Assembly: GCA_958295495.1 (NCBI GenBank)
Contig: OY282352.1
Coordinates: forward strand, 4,222,049 to 4,286,048
Direction: 5' to 3'
DNA length: 64,000 bases
Origin: an uncultured Latescibacterota bacterium
Lineage (GTDB): Bacteria; Latescibacterota; UBA2968; UBA8231
The notes under the pieces are model-generated. The model searched no databases, was not told the DNA's origin, and saw only the letters and a program-made list of their open reading frames with translations. Positions 45,561-53,847 of the stretch are shown one piece after another. The first letter of the stretch is position 1; every line of letters starts with the position of its first letter. Position numbers and translations under genes: made by a program.

Positions 45561-45618
45561 AGGATCGGGGCGCAATGCCATTGTATAGTCAACAGCCGGT
45601 TGAAGAAATACTAGCTGA

Positions 45619-45783
45619 CTTGTGGTCGAAACGAAGGCCAGCCAGTTCGCCAGCGATCTCCGCGAAGCCGAAAGAGCCAAGATCAAATGCGGCGAGGCGC
45701 ACTTCGCCGCGCTCAAAGTGAGCGAATCACCGGCGCAGTACCGAACTGCCCGCTCCCTAGGCGACGTATTGGCTCGCAGTTAA
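45619..45783 (+). pseudogene. C-terminal tail remnant of a PD-(D/E)xK restriction-type (Res/HsdR-like) nuclease
   Basis: Hand translation: LVVETKASQFASDLREAERAKIKCGEAHFAALKVSESPAQYRTARSL. The ExK (VETK) and E.AKIKCG..HF.AL pattern resembles tails of restriction helicase-nucleases. A stop lies immediately upstream. Confidence 0.3.
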
Positions 45784-45847
45784 GTCTGCTGACGGATGCA
45801 AGCGCCTCTCGCTCCCCGGCGTCCAATCTATACCAAAGGAATCCACC

Positions 45848-47338
45848 ATGACCGACCGCCCCAACATCCTCGTCATAATGACCGACCAGCAGCGCGCCAC
45901 AGCCAGCCACCTCTACGGCAACACCTTTTGCCAAACCCCGGCGATGGAACGCCTCGCCGCCGACGGGGTGCTCTTTGAGAACGCAATTACCCCACACCCG
46001 CTCTGCGTACCAGCGCGCATCTCGTTTTGGACCTCCCAGTTTCCCCACTCGCACGGCGGCCGGCGCAACCAAACCTCGATGCCGGCCGATGCCACTCACG
46101 CTTGGCAGCTTTGGAAGGCGGCTGGTTACGCCACGGGCCTGATCGGCAAAAACCACTGCTTCCAGCGGGAAGAGGATTTGGCGCTCTTCGACGTGTGGAA
46201 CGCCTTTACCCACGGCGGGCGCGACGAAGGGCCACAAACGCGGGGCATGGATTGGTTCCGGCCGGAAGAAGGTCGCCGCAAGGTCGCGGCCGAGCATCGC
46301 CAGCTCGCCCACCAGAATCCCCGCTTCAGCTACGGCACCTCCGAATTGCCGTTGGAGGACCACTCCACCGGACTGATCGCCGGGCAGGCGACGCGCTTTC
46401 TCGAAAAGCACCAAGACCAGCCCTTTGCCCTGTGGGTTTCCTTTCCCGATCCGCACGAGCCGTGGCTGTGCCCAGCCGAGTACGCGGCCTTGTTTCCGCC
46501 CACGGCCATTGACCTGCCTCCTTGGCGCGACGGCGAATTCGACGACGAGCGCGCCCCCGAGCGCAACCGGGTGCTCTACCAAATGCTGGGAGTGCGCCGC
46601 GATCCGCCCGAAGCTCTCTACGGCGTTATGGCCTCGTACTTTGGCATGGTGCGCTTTATCGACGATGCACTCGGCCAGATACTCGACAAGCTCGACGAAC
46701 TGGGGCTGCGGGAGCAGACGGTTGTGGTCTTTTGTTCGGACCACGGCGACTTTATGGGCGAACACGCCATGCAGTGCAAGGGCGGAGTCTTCTACGACAG
46801 CTTGACGCGGGTGCCGCTGATCGTCTCTTGGCCCGGGCAGGTCGCCGCCGGAGTGCGCGACCAGAGCATGGCCAACCTGATTGACGTGGTGCCGACGCTG
46901 TTGCACTTGCAGGGGCTGGCGCAGCCGCGCTCAATGCACGGAGCACCGCTGCCCACCGCGACCGAGGCCGCACCCCGGGACGCGACCTTTTCCGAATACG
47001 GCAGCGGGGGGCCGCTCTTCACCATGGCCGACTTGGAAAAACTGCCTCAACCTTGGGGCCGCAAAACCCTGATCGACACCTTGCAGTGGCGCGAGGCGGC
47101 CGGCCGGTGCAAGATGGTCCGCACCCGCCAGTGGAAGTACATCCACGACCCAATGGGGGACCGCGACGAACTCTATGACCTAGTCGCCGATCCAGGCGAG
47201 TTGGTCAATGTGATCGACGAGGACCAACACCGCGACGCCCTCGCAGCCATGCGCCTGCGGCTGGCCGACTGGAGCATCAACACTGAGGACGCTCGGCCAG
47301 TGCCCCTGCCCGACCGCGCCCACTACGAGCTGGCCTGA
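45848..47338 (+). CDS. Arylsulfatase (formylglycine-dependent, CxPxR type)
   Basis: The product starts MTDRPNILVIMTDQQRA. The CVPARISFWTS (C-x-P-x-R) motif and GKNHCF are present. 496 aa. Confidence 0.9.
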   Translation: MTDRPNILVIMTDQQRATASHLYGNTFCQTPAMERLAADGVLFENAITPHPLCVPARISFWTSQFPHSHGGRRNQTSMPADATHAWQLWKAAGYATGLIGKNHCFQREEDLALFDVWNAFTHGGRDEGPQTRGMDWFRPEEGRRKVAAEHRQLAHQNPRFSYGTSELPLEDHSTGLIAGQATRFLEKHQDQPFALWVSFPDPHEPWLCPAEYAALFPPTAIDLPPWRDGEFDDERAPERNRVLYQMLGVRRDPPEALYGVMASYFGMVRFIDDALGQILDKLDELGLREQTVVVFCSDHGDFMGEHAMQCKGGVFYDSLTRVPLIVSWPGQVAAGVRDQSMANLIDVVPTLLHLQGLAQPRSMHGAPLPTATEAAPRDATFSEYGSGGPLFTMADLEKLPQPWGRKTLIDTLQWREAAGRCKMVRTRQWKYIHDPMGDRDELYDLVADPGELVNVIDEDQHRDALAAMRLRLADWSINTEDARPVPLPDRAHYELA

Positions 47339-47404
47339 ATTTGACACTAGTGCGACGTGCCCAATCGTTTGTAGCCCATCCTGAGTAGATGAAAGGACAA
47401 CGCG

Positions 47405-47703
47405 ATGACATCAAATCGAGACGAACGAGAAGACGACGGTCGATGGATTGCCGAAATCGTCGAGATGCCCGGTGCTATAGCAATCCTAGATCATTCAAGC
47501 CTGGATGTCACGCCTAAAGGCGCGGTGAAGCCCGCTTGCGCGGGCATGACTTCTCATAGGCAGAAAAGACCGGGCCGATGAACATGCCATGCTTTCAAGT
47601 CATGTAGGATTGCTATATGACATATAGCTCGACCATTGGCGACCGCAAAGTGGACCGGAATTCATCAATTTATCGTTTCAGGCAGCATGAACAGGTGGCC
47701 TAG
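47405..47703 (+). pseudogene. Small HicB/UPF0150-like ORF interrupted by a MITE-like element
   Basis: MTSNRDEREDDGRWIAEIVEMPGA resembles a HicB N-terminus (dG.w.A.i.e.PG). Removing 47478-47617 restores one 52-codon frame ending at TAG 47701-47703. Confidence 0.35.
47476..47617. mobile_element. MITE-like element: 13-bp perfect terminal inverted repeats including TA/TA flanks
   Basis: TATAGCAATCCTA (47476-47488) and TAGGATTGCTATA (47605-47617) are exact reverse complements. There are imperfect subterminal matches and an internal GCCCGC-TTGC-GCGGGC hairpin. No ORF is present. TA at both ends is compatible with a TA target-site duplication. Confidence 0.55.
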
Positions 47704-47733
47704 CACTCGTGCCAGAAGATTTGTAGCTAATGC

Positions 47734-47763
47734 TTGACACAATCGGCGCTCTGCCGGTATTTT
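47734..47763 (+). promoter_or_regulatory. Candidate sigma70-type promoter of the thrS leader
   Basis: TTGACA (47734-47739), an 18-nt spacer, then TATTTT (47758-47763). The predicted start would fall at or next to the leader ATG 47771. Confidence 0.35.
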
Positions 47764-47770
47764 ATACGGC

Positions 47771-47881
47771 ATGATTTCTGCTCTGCTTACAGTCGCGTCC
47801 GCACAGCGCCCCAGCGGTTTCCCGGTGGGACAGGTCCCGTCCCCTACCACTGCTACGACTACGACTATACGCGCTGGATAG
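47771..47881 (+). CDS. Candidate thrS leader peptide (36 aa) with a Thr-codon run
   Basis: Hand translation: MISALLTVASAQRPSGFPVGQVPSPTTATTTTIRAG*. Codons 26-32 are ACC ACT GCT ACG ACT ACG ACT. No Shine-Dalgarno sequence is seen. The ORF ends 32 nt before an intrinsic terminator. Confidence 0.4.
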   Translation: MISALLTVASAQRPSGFPVGQVPSPTTATTTTIRAG

Positions 47882-47912
47882 CGACGGACTAAAGCTCATT
47901 TTGGACCTTTCT

Positions 47913-47945
47913 CCGCTGTCGGCTACGATGACAGCGGTTTTTTTT
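47913..47945 (+). terminator. Intrinsic terminator in the thrS 5' leader
   Basis: CCGCTGTC (47913-47920), a 9-nt loop, GACAGCGG (47930-47937), then T8 (47938-47945). It ends 18 nt before the thrS ATG, and the AAGGAG RBS lies downstream of it. Confidence 0.75.
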
Positions 47946-47962
47946 ATGCCAAGGAGTGCGTC

Positions 47963-49876
47963 ATGTTGATCAAGGTACCGCAAGGACAAGCCATCGAATA
48001 CCCCGGCGAGGGCACGCTCAAGGAGATCCTCGCCCAAGAGAACAAGGCACTGTTGAAGCAATACATCGCCGCCCGCGCCGGCGACGAGCGCATCGACTTT
48101 CACACCCGGCTCGGCAGCGAAGCGGAAGTCGAGCTCATTCCTTGGGATGCAGACGAGGCCGCTTGGATCTACCGCCACAGCATGTCGCATGTGTTGGCGC
48201 AGGCCGTGCTGCGCCTCTTCCCGGACGCGCAACTGGCGATCGGGCCGGCCATTGACGACGGCTTCTACTACGACTTTGACGTGGCCGCGCCCTTTACGCC
48301 CTCCGACTTGCAGAAGATCGAGCGGGAGATGAAGCGGGTCGTCAAGCAAAACCACAAGTTCGAGCGCATCGATGTTGCGCGCCAAGAAGCGGAAGAGCTG
48401 GTTGCCCACGCCCCGTACAAACAGGAGATCCTCGCCGACTTGGAAGAAGGCCAGACCTTGTCCTTTTACAAAGACGGCGAGTTCATCGACCTGTGCCGGG
48501 GGCCGCATATACTCGGCACAGGTCAAGTCAGGCACTTCAAGCTCCTGAGCGTGGCTGGGGCCTATTGGCGCGGCCACGAGAGCCACAAGATGTTGCAGCG
48601 CATATACGGCACGGCCTTTGTCTCCCGCGAGAGGCTCGACCACCATCTGGCGATGCTGGAGGAGGCCAAAAAGCGCGACCACCGCACGCTAGGCAAGCAA
48701 CTGGAGTTGTTCACCTTTGACGACGAAGTGGGGCCGGGTTTGCCCCTGTGGTTACCCAAGGGGGCGGTGCTCATCGACGAACTGGAGGACTTGGCCCGCC
48801 ATACCGAGCGCGCGGCCGGCTATCGGCGCGTGCGCACGCCGCATATCTGCAAGGAGTCCATGTATGAGCGCAGCGGCCACTTGCCGTACTATGCCGCGTC
48901 CATGTTCCCGCCCATGGAGTTGGAGGGGGTCAAGTACTACCTCAAGCCCATGAACTGCCCCCACCACCACAAAATTTTCGCCGCCGCCCCGCGCTCGTAC
49001 CGCGACCTGCCCCTGCGCTTGGCCGAGTATGGCACGTGCTATCGCTACGAGCAGTCGGGCGAGTTGTTCGGCTTGATGCGGGTGCGCTCGTTGCAGATGA
49101 ACGACGCGCACATCTACTGCACCCTCGACCAGTTTGAGGAGGAATTTCTCGCCGTCTGCCAGATGTATTTGCACTATTTCGAGTTGTTCGGCCTAAAGGA
49201 GTACCTGATGCGCTTGAGCACCCACGCGCCCTCGGGCTTGGGGGCAAAGTACGTCGATGACCGCGAGAAGTGGCTCCGCACTGAGGACATGGTGCGCGGC
49301 GCAATGGCGAGGGGCGGGATCAACTACGAGGAGGTACCCGACGAAGCCGCCTTCTACGGCCCCAAGATCGACGTCGAGGTTTGGAGCGCAATCGGCCGGC
49401 AGTTTACGATCGCCACCAATCAAGTCGATTTCGCCGTGCCCAGCCGCTTCGGCTTGTCGTACACCAACGCGGCCGGCGCAGAGGAGACGCCCATCTGCAT
49501 CCACCGCGCGCCGCTGGGTACGCACGAGCGCTTCATCGGCTTCTTGATTGAGCACTACGCCGGTGCCTTCCCGGTGTGGTTAGCACCTGTGCAAGCGGTG
49601 GTTTTGCCCATTGCCGAGCGCCACGCCGAGTACGGGGGCCAGCTCCATCAGCAGCTTCTCGCCGCTGGGATCCGGGCCGAACTCGACGCGGCCAGCGAGA
49701 CCCTCAACAAGCGCATCCGCCAAGCGCAGACGCAGAAGGTGCCCTATATGCTAATCGCCGGGGACCGCGAGGTCGAAGAGGGCAAGGTGGCGATCCGGCA
49801 GCGATCCGGCGCACAACTCGACCCGCTCCCGCTAGCCGAGGCCGTCGCCCTGATCGGCACTGAGATTAGTAGCTAG
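47963..49876 (+). CDS. thrS: Threonine--tRNA ligase
   Basis: TGS-domain start MLIKVPQGQAIEYPGEG, the editing domain with HSMSHVLAQAV, the class II core (RVRSLQMNDAHIY, GPKIDV) and the anticodon-binding C-terminus. Confidence 0.95.
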   Translation: MLIKVPQGQAIEYPGEGTLKEILAQENKALLKQYIAARAGDERIDFHTRLGSEAEVELIPWDADEAAWIYRHSMSHVLAQAVLRLFPDAQLAIGPAIDDGFYYDFDVAAPFTPSDLQKIEREMKRVVKQNHKFERIDVARQEAEELVAHAPYKQEILADLEEGQTLSFYKDGEFIDLCRGPHILGTGQVRHFKLLSVAGAYWRGHESHKMLQRIYGTAFVSRERLDHHLAMLEEAKKRDHRTLGKQLELFTFDDEVGPGLPLWLPKGAVLIDELEDLARHTERAAGYRRVRTPHICKESMYERSGHLPYYAASMFPPMELEGVKYYLKPMNCPHHHKIFAAAPRSYRDLPLRLAEYGTCYRYEQSGELFGLMRVRSLQMNDAHIYCTLDQFEEEFLAVCQMYLHYFELFGLKEYLMRLSTHAPSGLGAKYVDDREKWLRTEDMVRGAMARGGINYEEVPDEAAFYGPKIDVEVWSAIGRQFTIATNQVDFAVPSRFGLSYTNAAGAEETPICIHRAPLGTHERFIGFLIEHYAGAFPVWLAPVQAVVLPIAERHAEYGGQLHQQLLAAGIRAELDAASETLNKRIRQAQTQKVPYMLIAGDREVEEGKVAIRQRSGAQLDPLPLAEAVALIGTEISS

Positions 49877-49881
49877 CGGTC

Positions 49882-50577
49882 ATGTTCCGCCGCATCCGCG
49901 ACATCGCCGGAATTTTCTGGAAATTCCGCTACTATCTCCTCTGCACGGGGCTGGCGCTGGCCTTTTGGGACACCGCGTTGATCAAGCCGTTCCGCTTCTT
50001 TGTGGTGCTGGTGCATGAGGTCAATCACGCGGCCGCAGCCCTGCTCACCGGCGGCGAGGTCGTCGAAATCCGCACCCATTGGAATGAGTCCGGGCACACC
50101 CTGACGAAGGGCGGCTTTTTCCCGCTGATTAGCGCGGCCGGCTACGTGGGGTCGGCACTTTGGGGGGCGTTGCTGATGTACACCGCGCTTTATCCGCAGG
50201 CGCAGCGGTTGGTGTTGCTGGGCATCGGCGCGGCCTGCGCCGGGATGACCCTGAGCTACACGCCGCTGGGGGGCATCGATTCCGTCTTGGGGATCGGCGG
50301 CGGGCTGGTCTTGTGCGTCATGGCCTGCAAGTCGCGGCGGATGGCGCGGGTCGGCGCGGGGTGGATGGGGGTAATGCTCTGCCTGTACAGTCTCTACGAC
50401 TTCCGCACCGACCTATGGTACTATCCAGAGCGGACGGACGCCGGGCTGCTGTCGGCCTATTGGGGGCTGGATCCCTTGCAGGTGCCCTATCTGGCCTATC
50501 TGATTGCCTTGAGCTGGGTGCTGGTGTCGCTGTCGTGCATGTATCGGGCGATGCGCGCCGTGGTTCTCAATCGGTGA
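49882..50577 (+). CDS. M50B-like integral membrane metallopeptidase family protein
   Basis: VLVHEVNHAAAALLTGG (HExxH) within a polytopic hydrophobic protein of 231 aa. Confidence 0.65.
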   Translation: MFRRIRDIAGIFWKFRYYLLCTGLALAFWDTALIKPFRFFVVLVHEVNHAAAALLTGGEVVEIRTHWNESGHTLTKGGFFPLISAAGYVGSALWGALLMYTALYPQAQRLVLLGIGAACAGMTLSYTPLGGIDSVLGIGGGLVLCVMACKSRRMARVGAGWMGVMLCLYSLYDFRTDLWYYPERTDAGLLSAYWGLDPLQVPYLAYLIALSWVLVSLSCMYRAMRAVVLNR

Positions 50578-50687
50578 TTTAGACAATACTACACTGCCGG
50601 CGGCGGGTTTCTTATTGCGAACAGCTTGCAATTGAGTGCAACTGTCCGATGCGCTACGTTCACCTAGCAAAAGAGAGGAATGTAACC

Positions 50688-52457
50688 ATGCGAATGAGTC
50701 GGCTTTTCAGTCAGACCTTGCGCGACGTTACCGCCGACGCGGAGGTCGCCAGTCATCAACTCTTGTTACGAGCGGGCTTTATCCGCCCGCTGGCCAGCGG
50801 CATCTTCAGCTATTTGCCCCTCGCGCAGCGGGCGATGCGCAAAATTGAGGACATTATCCGCCGCGAGATGGATGCCATCGGCGGCGAGGAAATCACCATG
50901 CCGGTGGTGCATCCAGCCGAACTCTGGCAGCGGACCGGGCGTTGGTACGCAGTGGGTGCGGAGATGAGCCGCTTTAAGGACAAAAACGACCGCGACATGG
51001 TGCTGGCGATGACCCATGAAGAAGTCGTAGCCGACTTAGTCAGCCGCGAGATCAAGTCCTACAAGCAGCTGCCCCAGTTGGTCTATCAGATCCAGACCAA
51101 GTGGCGCGACGATCCCCGCCCCCGCTCGGGCCTCATCCGGGTGCGCGAGTTCACCATGAAGGATTCCTACAGCCTCGACGCCGACTGGGAGGGCCTCGAC
51201 AGGCAGTACCGCGCCCATTACCAGCACTATTTCAACATCTTCCATCGCTGCGGCCTCGACGTACTCGCGGTCCGCTCGGACACTGGGATGATGGGCGGTG
51301 AGCTGGCCCACGAATACATGTACCTGACGCCGATCGGGGAAGACACCCTGCTCTTGTGCGACGGCTGTGGCTACGCGGCCAACCGCCAGATTGCCACCTT
51401 TGCCAAACAGGCCAATCCCGCAGAAGCGCCCGCCGCGCCAGACAAGATCGCCACGCCTAATACCACGACCATTGAGGAGCTGACCGCGCTGCTCGGCATT
51501 CCCGCGCACAAGACCGCTAAGGCGCTCTTTGTGATGGCCACCGTCGGCGATGGTCGCGACAAGCAGGACGCGTTTGTACTGGCGGTTGTGCGCGGCGACA
51601 TGGAAGTCAACGAGACCAAGCTGGCCAACGCGGTCGGGGCGCTCGAGATGTGGCCGGCGCGGGAAGAGGAGATACGTGCCATCGGCGCAGAGCCGGGCTA
51701 TGGATCGCCCATCGGCGTCGAGGGAGCGCTGGTCGTCGTCGATGATTCGGTGGCGTCCTCGCCCAATCTGGTGGCCGGCGCCAACGAGCCGGGCTACCAC
51801 CTCGCAAATGTAAACCACGGCCGCGACTACAAGGCCGAGGTGGTCGCCGATATTGCTGTCGCCAGACAAGGCGATGGCTGCCCTAACTGCGGCGCGGCGC
51901 TGCGGGAATCGCGCGGGGTGGAAGTGGGCAACATTTTCCAGCTAGGCACCAAGTTCACCGCGGCGCTGGGCGGGGACTTTCTCAACGCCGAGGGCAAGGC
52001 GCAGCCGGTCGTCATGGGGTCTTATGGGATCGGAGTGGGGCGGTTGCTGGCCTGTATCGCCGAGGAGTACCACGACGAAAACGGCTTGGTGTGGCCCATA
52101 GCCATCGCGCCCTACCCAGTTCACATCGTCCTCCTCGCCAAGGGCGAAGGCGCAGCGCAAGACGCAGCCGAGCGGCTCTACGCCGATCTGCTGAAGCGCG
52201 GTATTGAAGTTCTCCTCGACGACCGCCGAGAAAACGCAGGGGTCAAGTTCAACGACGCCGACCTGATTGGGCTACCAGTGCGGGTGACGGTGGGGGATCG
52301 CGGTTTGCAGCGGGGAATTGTCGAGGTCAAACTGCGGCGCGAAAAAGAGCGGCGCGAAACGCCGGTGGAGCAGGCGGTAGAGTACGTGGTGGAACAGGTG
52401 GAGAGGTTGCAACGCGAGTTGGACGAGCGAGTAGTGGAAGTGGAGTACCAAGAATAA
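50688..52457 (+). CDS. proS: Proline--tRNA ligase (bacterial type with INS editing domain)
   Basis: The product reads MRMSRLFSQTLRDVTADAEVASHQLLLRAGFIRPLASGIFSYLPLA..RVREFTMKDSYS.. The start is moved to ATG 50688 (RBS GAGAGGA). Confidence 0.95.
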   Translation: MRMSRLFSQTLRDVTADAEVASHQLLLRAGFIRPLASGIFSYLPLAQRAMRKIEDIIRREMDAIGGEEITMPVVHPAELWQRTGRWYAVGAEMSRFKDKNDRDMVLAMTHEEVVADLVSREIKSYKQLPQLVYQIQTKWRDDPRPRSGLIRVREFTMKDSYSLDADWEGLDRQYRAHYQHYFNIFHRCGLDVLAVRSDTGMMGGELAHEYMYLTPIGEDTLLLCDGCGYAANRQIATFAKQANPAEAPAAPDKIATPNTTTIEELTALLGIPAHKTAKALFVMATVGDGRDKQDAFVLAVVRGDMEVNETKLANAVGALEMWPAREEEIRAIGAEPGYGSPIGVEGALVVVDDSVASSPNLVAGANEPGYHLANVNHGRDYKAEVVADIAVARQGDGCPNCGAALRESRGVEVGNIFQLGTKFTAALGGDFLNAEGKAQPVVMGSYGIGVGRLLACIAEEYHDENGLVWPIAIAPYPVHIVLLAKGEGAAQDAAERLYADLLKRGIEVLLDDRRENAGVKFNDADLIGLPVRVTVGDRGLQRGIVEVKLRREKERRETPVEQAVEYVVEQVERLQRELDERVVEVEYQE

Positions 52458-53785
52458 TGTTCGTCGAAGGCTACACCGGCGAGCTCAGCTACCGGGCCGG
52501 CGAACAAGTGCGCTTTCACGTGGCCACCAGCGCGGACGAATACGCGCTGGAAGTGGCGCGGATAGGTGCCGAGCGCGAAGTCGTGTGGCGGCAGGATCAA
52601 CTTCCTGGGTCGTCTCATCCAGTGCCAGAAGACGCTTCGTCCAATGGCTGCGGCTGGCCGGTTTCCTGCGAGTTGGAAGTGCCGGACGCTTGGCGCAGTG
52701 GGTATTACGAGTTCGTGCTGCGCGTCAAAGACCAAGGCGGCAAGTTCGTACGGCGGGGACGGCGCACGGCCGAGAGTCGAGGCTTCTTCATCGTCCGCCC
52801 CGCTGGCCCCACAGACGCCCGCATCCTCCTCCAGCTAGCCACCAATACCTACAACGCCTACAACAACTGGGGAGGCTACAGTTTCTACGGCTATCACGGC
52901 CGCGGAGGGTTGCAGGGACATCGCGTCTCCTTCGACCGTCCACTGGCCGGGCTGTTCAACCGCTGGGAGCGCGATTTTGTCGAGTGGGCGGAAGCCGCTG
53001 GATACGCACTCTCCTACTGCGCCAATTCCGACCTCGAATGGTATCCCGAACTGTTGGACAACTACCGGCTCGTGCTCAGCGTGGGGCACGATGAATACTG
53101 GTCGGGGCCGATGCGCGACCACCTCGAAGCCTACATTGCCGCCGGGGGCAATGTCGCGTTTTTCAGCGGCAACTCCGCGTGCTGGCGGGTGCGCAGCGAG
53201 GACGAGGGCCGGGCGCTGGTGTGCTGGAAGCAGCAGTTCAATATGGACCCAGCCTACGCCGCCGGAGACTACGCGAACCTTTCGACCTTGTGGAGCCACC
53301 ACCTCGTAGGTCGGCCAGAAAACGAGCTGACCGGCGTCGGCTTCCTCTACGGGGGCTATCATTTAAGCCACGGGCAATACATGGATGGGTCCGGGGCGTT
53401 TGCGGTCCATCGCCCAGAACACTGGGTTTTTGCCGGGACGGGCTTGCAGCGCGGCGACAGCTTCGGGGGCGAGCACACCATCGTCGGCTATGAGTGCGAC
53501 GGCTGTGAGTACGCGCTGGAAAATGGACTGCCAGTGCCCAAGAGGACCTACGGCACCCCAGCGGACTTTACCATTTTGTGTACCGCCCCAGCGCGGTGGC
53601 ACCCAGACGACAGCGAGTGGTATGAGCGCTGGGAAAAGGGCCGGGAGGGCGCGGCCGTCATGGGCGTCTATACCCGCCGCGGCACGGTGTTCACCGCCGG
53701 GACCACCGACTGGTCGCACGGGCTTAAAGGAGACGCGACCGTCGCCCAGATCACCCGCAATGTCCTCGACCGGCTGAGCCAGTAA
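52457..53785 (+). CDS. N,N-dimethylformamidase beta-subunit-like domain protein
   Basis: ILLQLATNTYNAYNNWGGYSFYGY and downstream segments match my recollection of this family. The function is not inferable. Confidence 0.5.
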   Translation: MFVEGYTGELSYRAGEQVRFHVATSADEYALEVARIGAEREVVWRQDQLPGSSHPVPEDASSNGCGWPVSCELEVPDAWRSGYYEFVLRVKDQGGKFVRRGRRTAESRGFFIVRPAGPTDARILLQLATNTYNAYNNWGGYSFYGYHGRGGLQGHRVSFDRPLAGLFNRWERDFVEWAEAAGYALSYCANSDLEWYPELLDNYRLVLSVGHDEYWSGPMRDHLEAYIAAGGNVAFFSGNSACWRVRSEDEGRALVCWKQQFNMDPAYAAGDYANLSTLWSHHLVGRPENELTGVGFLYGGYHLSHGQYMDGSGAFAVHRPEHWVFAGTGLQRGDSFGGEHTIVGYECDGCEYALENGLPVPKRTYGTPADFTILCTAPARWHPDDSEWYERWEKGREGAAVMGVYTRRGTVFTAGTTDWSHGLKGDATVAQITRNVLDRLSQ

Positions 53786-53847
53786 GACGCTGCTTCAGCA
53801 GGGAGGGCGGATAGATGCTTGCAACTTTCTTAGAGGAGCGCGGCTAG

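Noticed and set aside
45713-46906. 397-aa ORF on the minus strand.
   Set aside because: It lies entirely antisense to the arylsulfatase gene, which has clear CxPxR and metal-site motifs. The antisense product is Arg/Gly/Pro/His-rich with no motif. This is the typical stop-codon-poor shadow frame of G+C-rich DNA.
47771-47962. T-box riboswitch as the explanation for the thrS leader plus terminator.
   Set aside because: I could not find the conserved T-box sequence (..GGGUGGUACCGCG..); only a weak CCGGUGGGAC is present. I also found no specifier-loop, AG-bulge or GNUGGA-type Stem I features. The would-be antiterminator encloses about 65 nt instead of a small loop. It is kept as an alternative to be tested by a covariance model, not claimed.
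47762-48682. 306-aa minus-strand ORF overlapping the thrS 5' region and its leader.
   Set aside because: It is antisense to an unambiguous ThrS (TGS and editing domains). The translation is low-complexity and motif-free, so it is a shadow ORF.
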